The notes below the pieces were generated by a model, which saw only the letters and a list, made by a program, of their open reading frames with translations, did not search any database and was not told the origin of the DNA. Made by a program: the position numbers and the translations under genes. A stretch of DNA of 63,348 bases, filler included, from Octopus bimaculoides (lineage: Eukaryota), in the NCBI RefSeq assembly GCF_001194135.2. It is 6 parts of 5 records of this genome, joined end to end, with 100 filler letters (N's around TTAATTAATTAA, not from the genome) between each part and the next. Parts side by side here need not be neighbours in the genome. Positions count along the whole stretch, not along the records: positions 33,982 to 42,156 come from NC_069003.1; positions 42,257 to 58,333 come from NC_068981.1; 4 more parts are not named here. One strand, 5' to 3'. Each line of letters starts with the position of its first letter. Within the stretch, counting starts at the first letter, position 1. Below are positions 38,771 to 49,630 of this stretch, one piece after another.

Positions 38771-38989
38771 TTACTCTTAATTTCTGTTTGATAAATTACG
38801 AGCTTTATATACAGATCTGTTATTAACGGCCATACTTACCCTTAGCAACCCGATTACTAGAAGGCTGGTTACTGGTGTGACGAGATGGGGTTTTCATTGT
38901 TATTTTTACCATTATGTGTGACCATGTAAAATCTATCTGCTTGGATATGATTTATTCTTAATAATAATAATAATATAATAATAGTAACA

Positions 38990-39125
38990 TCGTTAGGAAT
39001 GAGAACCCAGGTTCAAAATTTCCCCAAGACACCTGACGAAGGCTGGAGGGTATATCAGCCGAAACGATGTGTTAACAACAAACAAGATGAGGACAAATAT
39101 CCGTCAAATGTAAATAATGTAAATA
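38990..39125 (+). mobile_element. Single-arm copy of the Penelope-like/hammerhead repeat
   Basis: Homologous to 32575-32710; preceded by (AAT)n. Confidence 0.75.
39028..39073 (+). ncRNA. Hammerhead-like motif, family 2 (best-paired stems; U16.1>A)
   Basis: GACAC-CTGACGA-A-GGCTG-gagggtatat-CAGCC-GAAA-CGAT-GTGTT; stem I GACAC/GTGTT, perfect 5-bp stem II. Confidence 0.65.
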
Positions 39126-39529
39126 ATCTGATCTATTCTTGTCCTGAAATATTCTTCGACGAAGCTAAATTCCTCTTCTTCCATACGCGTTGCTTCAAGA
39201 CAGTAAACTGACAGAATCGTTATTACATCGTTTGATATATATCTTTGTGGTGGCGCAACATGATCTGAAACGCAGTGAGTTCAAATCCCGCTAAAGTTAT
39301 TAAGACTTTTGCTATTTCGGGTTTGGTAAATAAAGTGTTAATCAAGTATTAGAGATCGATTCTTTCAACTTCATCATATTTCTACACATGACATTTGATC
39401 CAAATTTTCAATATTCTGTTATAGTTGTGTGCTGATTACGAGTTTCATATTTGTACTTCCATGTTTGTTTTCCACAAAATTCATAAGTAAATAGATAAAT
39501 AAATAAAATATAAATGACTAAATATATAT

Positions 39530-39770
39530 TTCGTTATTGCTCACAGGGGGCTAAACACAGAGTGGACAAACAAGGACAAACAAGGACAAACAAAGGGATG
39601 AAGTCGATTACATCGACCCCAGTGTGTAACTAGTACTTATTTAATCGACCCCGAAAGGATGAAAGGCAAAGTCGACCTCGGCGGAATTTGAACTCAGGAC
39701 GTAACGGTAGACGAAATACAGCTAAGCATTTTGCCCGACGTGCTAACGTTTCTGCCAGCTCCTTACCGCA
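39530..39770 (-). mobile_element. Group C SINE with an alternative 3' tail
   Basis: Well-preserved atcgaccccgaaaggatgaaaggcaaagtcgacctcggcggaatttgaactc core; the tail (acaagg repeats) differs from 21535 and 56270. Confidence 0.85.
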
Positions 39771-39777
39771 GACGTAC

Positions 39778-39925
39778 CTCTGCGGTAAGGAGTTAGCTTC
39801 CCAACAACAAGGTTCTAAGTTCGCTGCCACTGCCTGGTGCTTTGGGACAGTCCCTTCTACTATAGCTTCACAAATCTTTGTGAGTGCATTTAGTTTAAGG
39901 AAACTGAAAGAAACCCGTTGTATAT
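39778..39925 (+). mobile_element. Degenerate group B SINE head, head-to-head with the group C copy
   Basis: gcggtaaggagttagcttcccaac...cttctactatagc...gtgagtgcatttag...gaaactgaaagaaacccg. Confidence 0.7.
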
Positions 39926-40621
39926 GTGTGCATGCGTGTGTACTTGTCAACCAGCATTGGTGCGTTTATTTCTCAGTAACTTAGCGTGATCGCGCACACA
40001 CACGCACACATATACATACACAAACAAGCACTCGCAAACACTGACACATACACACACACACACACACACACATATTAAGTGACAGTCTTTAAAAAATGAA
40101 TTCTGGGATAGATTGATTCTACTAGAAATTCTTCAAGGCGAAGCTCCAGCATGGACACAGTCGAAAAACTGTGCTGAAAGATTAAATGCTCAAAGATTAA
40201 ATATATATAATTAAAAACAACAACAAGCAGGAACTAACACGCATGCATGCATGCACCTCGTCGATACCGACGCAGGACCCCCAAATGCCTTCTATATACT
40301 TTCATTGCCTTTCACCCATTTAATCGTGAACTTTGCATTTAACAACATTGTTTGCGTTGTTTCTCTTTTGTTCTCAACGTATTTATTAACGTCATTATCA
40401 TCATGAAAACGACAAAAATAAAGACCGTTAAAACTATCACCCTCCTCAACTAAACCCCCTCCTCCCCGTCCTCTTTTCCTCTTCCTCCATTTCCTCTTCC
40501 TTCTCTTTATCCTCCTCCTCCTCCTCCTCCTCCTCATCATCATCATCAATTTTCGTCATCAGCATTATTATCATCATCATCGTCATCAAATAATTATGAA
40601 CAATATCATGATTTGAGGAAA

Positions 40622-40661
<40 letters not shown>

Positions 40662-40662
<1 letters not shown>

Positions 40663-41160
40663 CGTAGTCTTATTTTCATCACGTGCTTTCACTCCACTAC
40701 CGCGTGCAGCACTGTGTGTGCCTTGGGTATGTGCTGTGGATTGTTGTGATGCTCTCATTTGTACTGTATTGGAAGTGTTTTACGTAGGATGTGTGCGGTG
40801 CCTAGTAGTGTTATTTTTCGTATGTTATATATACTTGTTACTCCTCGTGTTTTTTGTTATAAATATTATTTTTATTATACCTAACGCACCTACCATGATA
40901 GGAATTGTTTGTTTTTTAGAAAACCGCATTCGAGTTACCTCTATTTCCAAGTATTTGTCTTTTGAAATTTTCTCTATTTCTGTTAGAGAAACATTGTCAT
41001 CTGTTGGTATTGATATAACAACTAGAAAGCAATTTTTTCTAAGTGATCTCTGATAACAATCTGGCCTATTGGCTTTAATTTCTCCTTCTGTGTGTGTCAG
41101 CATATCCCAGAGTATGATTGATTTCTCATTTTCTGTGACCTGTTCTGGCGTGTGCCTATG
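40662..41160 (-). mobile_element. R4/Dong-type LINE 3' end (REL plus 3' UTR) abutting (TAA)n
   Basis: IKANRPD...ISIPTDDNVSLTEIEKISKDKYLEIEVTRM...IPIMVGALG; clearly homologous to 26512-26979. Confidence 0.9.
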
Positions 41161-41562
41161 TATGACCTTGCAGGTGGGGTCCAGTTAGAATTTTCTTCAG
41201 ATCGAGTAACCCATCCTCCTCAAAAGGTCCCTGAATAAGGTTTGTTTAAGGATGTTGAGCAAAACACCCATGTTTCCAGAGGTAATTTATTCAAACCCCA
41301 AAGAATTCCTCTCAACACATGGCTATGATGCTCCCCCACTACTTCTGCTCGTGATCAGAGATGTACATATCGTCAGCCACCAAGGGACATGCTCAACTGG
41401 TTAAGGTCAAACAACTGACAAGCAAATCTGTGGTATTGAGCAGAATATTTGCTGTAGCCCATCTTTTTATACCAAGACAAAACAATGTCCATGATAACAC
41501 TTCCAATCAATTAAGATCAGAAGCCATGAGAACCACTGCCTGGTACTGCATCCAGGCATTTA
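41161..41562 (-). mobile_element. About 400-nt non-coding repeat-like module fused to the LINE fragment and bounded by (TAA)n
   Basis: More GC-rich than flanks, no long ORF, terminal 7-bp hairpin tgcctgg/ccaggca (41537-41558). I recall it as a recurrent octopus repeat (unverified). Confidence 0.5.
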
Positions 41563-41591
41563 AAATCATTATTATTATTATTATTATTATC

Positions 41592-41646
<55 letters not shown>

Positions 41647-42117
41647 ACAGTAGTAGTAGTAGTATACTTGGCAAATAAGGCAGTGGTTGTAATGCAGCAG
41701 CACGTTACTGTGTAGCTGATACGGTTAATAACATAGTAATAGCCGTAGCCATAGCAATGGCAGTTCTGTTGCATGTGGTGTGTCAACATTATTAAGATTG
41801 TTTAATGTAGTCTTCTTAATTTAGTTCCATTAACCAAAAAGGATTGCCAACATCTTAGTAAACGAAGTAAATATCACAATTAAGAAGAAAAATAGTGACA
41901 AGAACAATAATAAAAACAGGAAAATAAAACGAGAATACTTCGAGATTATTCTAAAAACATTCAAATTTTCTATTTCGAATTGTATTTTTACGGTTTGATA
42001 TATATATATACACATATATACATATAGAAGCGCACAAACACATATACAAAGACAAAAACACAGACACATGCACATATAAGTATATTAAAACACACACACA
42101 TGTATGTGTGTGTATAT

Positions 42118-42156
<39 letters not shown>

Positions 42157-42256
42157 NNNNNNNNNNNNNNNNNNNNNNNNNNNNNNNNNNNNNNNNNNNN
42201 TTAATTAATTAANNNNNNNNNNNNNNNNNNNNNNNNNNNNNNNNNNNNNNNNNNNN

Positions 42257-42339
<83 letters not shown>

Positions 42340-42501
42340 TATCTGTATATATATAAATACACACATTTGTATGTATGAACGCTATATATATTAAAATATT
42401 CCTATGTTATTAGAAATATCTTCATAAATGCTATATCATTAATACACGGAGATTTTAATCGCGAAATAGTCGAAGCATTCATAAATGACTTGCGTAACGT
42501 T

Positions 42502-42927
42502 TTGAACCCCATTGAAATTTGTGGCGTTATTTGAAAATGAAAATTCATTCAAGAGCCCCAGTGTGCATTCCAGATTTGAAGAAAATTTGTCAAGAACAAT
42601 GGGAAAAAATTCCTAAAGAAACATGCGAGTCATTGATTAAGAACTACAAGAAGAGATTGGTTGAAGTGGTACTGAATAATGGTTATGCTACGAAGTATTA
42701 AGTCAGAATTATCAGTGATTTATGTTCTGTACGAATACTTTTTTCGCCTCTAAATATTTATAATTGTATATAAATTCATTAGTTACTATAATTTATTAGT
42801 TTCTTTTGCATATTCTTAGATTATGTATGTGTATGCAAATATAGTATTGGTATATCTCATTTATGTTCATTAGAAATTAAATAAATAAAGAATTTTGACA
42901 TATACGAATATTTATTTCACCCCACTG
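42502..42927 (+). mobile_element. Tc1-family transposon 3' end (IR/DR type)
   Basis: LNPIE...W.YLKMKIH...DLKKICQEQWEKIP...KRLVEVVLNNGYATKY* is a Tc1 C-terminus; ends ...ttcaccccactg|TA; internal direct repeat tacgaata.tt.tttc.cc at about 42731 and 42903. Confidence 0.9.
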
Positions 42928-43242
42928 TATATCGACAGACCAGTTAGGATGAGATATACAATTTATTGTTTTAAGCAATCCTTTTGAAACAAGATAGGTT
43001 AAATTGATAAAATTCTTGAAAATGTGTTTTTGTTTTGGATCTACCTTCATTTACCTGCCACTTATTTCTTAAGCACTGTAATTATGTATCAGGGTGAAAG
43101 CATACATTTCAAACATGTCTCTCCATGAAATGATCCCAAGAGCTGCTGCAAACACCAGCTGTTTTATTTTTCTGGTTATAAATAAATTTGAAACCACTTT
43201 CCACATACCTTAAAGTATACCAATGATATAATATTGACTTAC

Positions 43243-43481
43243 CATGCAACAACTGTTCAGATTTTTCCAATAAGTTCGGAGGTGCTACATTTGCACTTCT
43301 TTCTTTTGGCGTATAGTGAATGTCAATTGGCTGTAGATACCTACTTGACTTTGGAAAAGACAAATGGGGTTCAAATTCTCTAACTTTTGGAAACTGAATG
43401 ACAGGAGGCGGCTTTTGAAGTGTCCGTCTTTGATACTCAGAATCATCATTATCATCATCATCATTTGAGAAAACTGGTTCC
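43243..43481 (-). CDS. Internal coding exon (phase 2 to phase 1, 79 full codons) of an unidentified gene
   Basis: Acceptor ttttcatttcattttgtatag and perfect G|gtaagt donor; open frame EPVFSNDDDDNDDSEYQRRTLQKPPPVIQFPKVREFEPHLSFPKSSRYLQPIDIHYTPKERSANVAPPNLLEKSEQLLH; unique sequence. Confidence 0.75.
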
Positions 43482-44370
43482 CTATACAAAATGAAATGAA
43501 AAATAAACTAGCCATTACATGTATTTCCCTTCACACAGTGAATAACATGGGTATTTATCAATACATAGCCTTAGAACACATTGGAACTCATACAAATGTT
43601 TATAAGCCTCAAACTTGTAGTGCTATGAATGGACATGTCTGACAGCCTTCCTGCATTTTCATGTAAAATGAAAAGTGGATGGTGAGTGGGGACTCAGAGT
43701 TTTACATGGGTGTCTTGGAAAACTGATATTCAGCCCCATTTCCAATGCCAACAATAAATTCAGCAAACATGTGTGGTCCTAGCTGTAAGATATGTTGATA
43801 AACCCCAGGACCGAAAACAATTAACGAACGTCTAAAGGAGATTCACCAGTGATACTAATTATTAAAGAACTGTCTGTTTGAAATCTGTAGACAGGCTATC
43901 TGTAGCTCTCCTAATGATATCAATTTCTGTAGGGTTTCATTGAGAAATTTGAAATATATTTTGAGCTGTGGTAGATTTATGTTGCTTTATTTTCTGTTCT
44001 GTTCGTTTTTGGTTAAACGCTTTAAAACGAATAAGTCATTTGTTAATAACCGCGCAGTTATTAGCTTTAAATATAAATGCCATGATGTTTGTTGATACTT
44101 AAAAAACGATTTTAACAACTTTTTTCATCCCATTTTAACATATATTAAATTAAACGAGTGTCGGTTTGTATCCAGGTTTTGAAAATAGCGCGCTCTATTC
44201 TGCACTGAAACATACGATTCGCAATTAATTGTTGAACATTTCTGAAGTCGAAAGTACTTTAAACTTTCCCATACATTATATTAAACTGGCAAAATTTAAA
44301 AGCGTTTTTTAGTCTTATTAAGGACACTAGATAAATCACGTGATTTTTTTTTTATCCTAACATTCGACAG

Positions 44371-44405
44371 GGATATTGATTTTCCCTGCTTTCGATGTGG
44401 AAAAT
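44371..44405 (+). CDS. Candidate 35-nt exon (DIDFPCFRCGK)
   Basis: T-tract, cctaac and gacag acceptor; AT|gtaagg donor; only one frame open beyond the exon; phase compatible with the 29195-29276 candidate. Confidence 0.25.
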
Positions 44406-44868
44406 GTAAGGATTGCATTTTGTATGACACCAATCCCCCGTCCACCCGATTTTGGAGTACTGCTGAAAAACAAATACTGCTACAAATACAATTTCTTCTA
44501 CACGGACGACGATAGTAGTAAATGGAACTGACAATGAGAAATACAAACCGTAAAATAACTCCGTTGATGTCGTATTGATGGGGGCGGGGGTCAACATCGG
44601 CAAAAGATTACCGATATTCCATTGTTCATACGATACCGGCCTGATGTGGTCATACTCTTTCTTCCCACTATAGCTTTAGATGTTATTAACTATCTACCCG
44701 ATATTTTCTTATTAATTCACTACTATTCCTTAGGATTCGATTGATAAAACTATAGTCACACAGAATTCTTGGGTGTAACAAGTATTATTCCGTATTTACT
44801 ACTACTCTCCATACTAAAACTGAGTAGTTGTTTAAATACTGGCATTTAATGTTTGCATAGGTTATGCT

Positions 44869-44931
<63 letters not shown>

Positions 44932-45751
44932 NNNNNNNNNNNNNNNNNNNNNNNNNNNNNNNNNNNNNNNNNNNNNNNNNNNNNNNNNNNNNNNNNNNNN
45001 NNNNNNNNNNNNNNNNNNNNNNNNNNNNNNNNNNNNNNNNNNNNNNNNNNNNNNNNNNNNNNNNNNNNNNNNNNNNNNNNNNNNNNNNNNNNNNNNNNNN
45101 NNNNNNNNNNNNNNNNNNNNNNNNNNNNNNNNNNNNNNNNNNNNNNNNNNNNNNNNNNNNNNNNNNNNNNNNNNNNNNNNNNNNNNNNNNNNNNNNNNNN
45201 NNNNNNNNNNNNNNNNNNNNNNNNNNNNNNNNNNNNNNNNNNNNNNNNNNNNNNNNNNNNNNNNNNNNNNNNNNNNNNNNNNNNNNNNNNNNNNNNNNNN
45301 NNNNNNNNNNNNNNNNNNNNNNNNNNNNNNNNNNNNNNNNNNNNNNNNNNNNNNNNNNNNNNNNNNNNNNNNNNNNNNNNNNNNNNNNNNNNNNNNNNNN
45401 NNNNNNNNNNNNNNNNNNNNNNNNNNNNNNNNNNNNNNNNNNNNNNNNNNNNNNNNNNNNNNNNNNNNNNNNNNNNNNNNNNNNNNNNNNNNNNNNNNNN
45501 NNNNNNNNNNNNNNNNNNNNNNNNNNNNNNNNNNNNNNNNNNNNNNNNNNNNNNNNNNNNNNNNNNNNNNNNNNNNNNNNNNNNNNNNNNNNNNNNNNNN
45601 NNNNNNNNNNNNNNNNNNNNNNNNNNNNNNNNNNNNNNNNNNNNNNNNNNNNNNNNNNNNNNNNNNNNNNNNNNNNNNNNNNNNNNNNNNNNNNNNNNNN
45701 NNNNNNNNNNNNNNNNNNNNNNNNNNNNNNNNNNNNNNNNNNNNNNNNNNN

Positions 45752-45807
<56 letters not shown>

Positions 45808-47229
45808 ATATATCTACTTGGAAGTGTATGTATGTGCCTGTTCGTGTGTATTCCACTTCATATATGCGTGTTACATACGATGATTTTCTAAGGCATTTCT
45901 TACAAAATACTTTGAATAATGTAATGCTTGCAGAATTGAATCTTAACGAGATTTCATTGCTACTTTTATTTCTTCGTCTTTCTTTATATAATCATCTCAT
46001 TTGCTATCATGTTAACCAATTTGTCGATGACAGTCTATTGATTATAATAGTATTCAAGCAGTTCTCTCAGTAAACCGGGGTTGCTGTGTTTTTGGTTTTA
46101 TTTTGTTTTGTTTTTGTTTTTTTCTTTTCGTGGAGTTCTACAAATGAAATCACTTCAAATCTTTAGATACCATAACCATCAAAATGCCTCTCTCCAATCA
46201 TAAATACCAGCATGACTAACAATATTCCTACCTCTTCTGTTCTGCCATCTTAAAATCGGTTACATAATTAGGAACTGATTGAAAAGCTTATCAGAAATAT
46301 TTGATTTTCAAAACGTTCATTTGATAAATGTTTTCAGGTTAATATTTGAATAAGATGGCACTACTTTGAATTAAAAAAAAAAATACTTAATAGCGTTAAA
46401 TGGAAAACAAGTTGTTGGTTGATCGATTTTTACGTTTCTACTTTGTAGTATTAGCATTTCTGCGCAAAGATAACATTTACTTTAATGATTTAGACGTATG
46501 CATCTGTTTGCACGAAAAGGGAGAGACACAGAGACAGAGACTGAGAGGAGAAGTGAATATACATGCATGTATAGACAATTACACACTTCTTTTGAAAATC
46601 CCTTCCCTTACACAGACACATCCTTCATTTATGCACGCATACATACACACACAAACACGCACACTAGTTTATCACTTATGCATACACTTACACACATTAG
46701 AACGCAGGCGCACACAATCTCACACAGACCTATTCTTCACACACATTCACAGTTACGCAAATACACACGTGCACATACTGACAATTTCACACTTTCGCTT
46801 TGTCAATTCTTGTTTTGCTTTGCAACTTCGAATTATCCAATCCTCTCGAGTCCTTTCACTCATTGCTACTATTTGACTGCTACTAATAAGATAACCATTT
46901 CATTCATCCGCGTATATCTTCACGTTTCATCTCTTTGTTCATATTTCCTTCGTTTGTGACTATTTCTCATCGTTCCAGTATCAAGTTTGTACCAACTTTA
47001 CTATTTGTATCATCCAGCACATACGCTATTTCACTTTCTTCTTTCACCTTAACGTATTCTTGGAATTCTTATCTCACTTTAGTATTTAACCACTTCGAAC
47101 GTTTCTCATCTTTCAGTCTGAAGTTAATTTTTTAGCAACACTTTTCATTTATTGAATCTACGAATGATAGGTATTTAACATACAAAAGCTCAATATTTGA
47201 AATATCCATATCTCGTATAATACACTAAT

Positions 47230-47307
<78 letters not shown>

Positions 47308-47689
47308 TCCTGTGCTGCGTGATTGTGTCCATTACCGTGTCAGTAACGCTAGTATTACCGAAACTGGGGAATACAACGAACATTGTTGTTGATAGTGATG
47401 GAACACCAATTATTTCCGGGAGTAATAAAGTATCATATTTTATGAGAACTATTGTTCATAGGATATTGTATTACAGCTCATACGTACTCTAGCAATATAT
47501 ATAATTATACGGTTGTTTTACGTAACATTAATCGGTTTCATAATAAATTGTGTCTTGTTACAGTGTCTCCTGTCCAGACTTATATGCATTGCCAGCGCGA
47601 TTGGAAAAGTCAGAAGTTTCAAAGGAAACACAAATATCCGAGTCATCAGATAGGAAAAAATATTAGTTTCAAACTTTGGCTCAAGCTCA

Positions 47690-48140
47690 GCAATTTCGAC
47701 TTTGCTTTCATCCTTTCGTGGTAATAAAATAAATATCAGTTAAACACTGAGGTTGATGTAATCGATTTATTCCGTACCATTTCGTCTGTTTTTACGTTCT
47801 GAGTTCAAATTCCACCGAAGTCGGCATTGCCTTTCATCTTTTCGGAAGCGATAAAATAAGTTCCGATAGTGTTCTAGCGTCGATGTAATCAACTTACTCC
47901 ACCTTCTCCGAAACTGCTGGCCTTGTGCCAAGATTTGAAATCAATATTTATACTATACCTAAGGAGCCGAGCTAGCAGAACTGTTACACGCCGGGCTGGC
48001 TTAGCGATATTTCTTCCGCCATTACGTTCTGCGTTAAAATGCCGCCGGGGTCGATTTTTCCTTCCATCCTTCGTTTTGGGCTCGAGCAGAGGGATCGATG
48101 AAATCAATTTAATTCCTCCTTTAAATTGCCAAAATTTCAA
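47690..48140 (+). mobile_element. Three head-to-tail group C SINE fragments
   Basis: The gactttgc(c)tttcatcctttcg core recurs at about 47698, 47822 and 48050; third copy has the head gccgagctagcagaactgttacacgccggg. Confidence 0.8.
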
Positions 48141-49536
48141 ACCAATATTTTTGCTATCCCTCTAATTACTGTCATCGTCGTCTTCATAATCATCATGTAC
48201 AAAAGCTAAAACAAAAATAAGTTCCTCTCCGAATTTTTATAGCATGATTGTAATCGGGAATATTTTATGAATTTAACTCTAACTACAAAGCAAAAATAAA
48301 TGAAAAATTAACCAAAGAAAGCTACAATACTTTACAACTCTTTTATTGCTTATTCTTGGTCCAAATTATTATCATAGGTATCATCATTATGATCGTAAGC
48401 CTCGCACACATTCATAAAACAATTTCACCGTCATTACCATCGCTCTAGTTCCCCTCTGCATCCAAAGCATATCTGTGTGCGTGCGGTTCTGTGTGCATAT
48501 TACAATATCAAAAATTAACGCAAAAAAATGTACTGCTTGCGTAATCTAAAGCCTTCACTCCAAGAATAAAAAGACAGTAATACGCGGTGCATGAAATTAT
48601 AGATTTGCTTTAATTAGGTAAAAACCGATTTAGATAGATGAAGAACTGCATTCGATGGGTCATTTATTTTTGTCCACTACAGAGGAATGAAATTAAAATG
48701 GAGCACCGATGGATTATAAGTGAGATTTCTGTGTTCGGTAAAAAAGTGAATGTGCGTGTACACCATCCATACATGCATACATACACATGTACATATGAAC
48801 ATACATGCACACACACATACTCACACAAAGTTATATGTATATATAATTGAAATTTACAGAAAAGCCAAAGACGAAGATAAGTGCACAAAAAAGTAGATGT
48901 ATTACTTTGACGCTCGGGAAGGTGACTAAATCTTTTACGTTTCGAGCTTACGTTCTTCAACAGAAAGGAACGCTAGGAAATAAAAAGAGAGAAAATAAAC
49001 AAAAGACTTGTGGATTTAGTGGTCAATCATGGTGACTGGTTGGAAAATGGTAGTTGGACAGGAGAGCAAGGAAGAAAGGGAGATAATAAAGTACTGGTGA
49101 TCCCAAAACGGTGCGCGTGTGTGTGTGTGCGTGTGGATAGAGGCCGATGACATTGACGTGTGGATGTGAACACGGTATGTGTGTTTGTAAAGTGTGGGTG
49201 TGTGGATGATGGTGTGGGTGCTGAGAAGTGGTGACTCGTAGTGTGTGCAGAGTGGTATAGGGTGATGTGATGTGATGTGGTGTGGTGGTGTGGTGGTGTG
49301 GGGATGTGAGGGGGTGGGGTGGGGATGTGGTGAGGATGTGGGGATGAGGATATATATATACAGATATCAATGTTAGTTTTCGTATTCCGTTATAAAAACG
49401 ATTTTACATTAACATGACCGGTTACTCTACTTTTGTGAGTACAATTCTTTTCTATTTTTATACAAAGCTGTTGACAATGACTTCGAAATTTCGGTCAGAC
49501 CGTCCATATAGCATGTATGTATATATAGCATCGCAC

Positions 49537-49630
49537 CTGACAATTCCTCAGCTTTATCTGTCTGCTCTCTTGCACACGTCACATTGCATAAGTATGCAAT
49601 TACAGCAATTGAAGCAATAAACGTCTTCAT
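49537..49630 (-). CDS. Candidate first coding exon with a signal peptide (MKTFIASIAVIAYLCNVTCA-REQTDKAEELS)
   Basis: AAA-ATG context, basic residue, hydrophobic core, small -3/-1 residues, then CAG|gtgcga donor (weak). Same strand as, and upstream of, the 43243-43481 exon. Confidence 0.35.

Noticed and set aside
41500-41562. Possible HDV-like ribozyme at the end of the 400-nt module
   Set aside because: Only a simple 7-bp hairpin is evident; I could not build the nested P1/P2/P3 double pseudoknot.
43710-43785. LGPHMFAEFIVGIGNG resembling the Helitron/PIF1 FAxxLLxIGNG motif
   Set aside because: Too short; the frame closes after 26 codons with no other helicase motifs.
44352-44603. Minus-strand ORF with EGF-like GWTGDWCHTKC
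   Set aside because: The preceding Cys is missing (Ser), no donor follows, and no further EGF repeats are nearby.
47305-47430. Transmembrane-like stretch CCVIVSITVSVTLVLPKL
   Set aside because: No usable acceptor (preceded directly by (GT)n) and only a weak donor.
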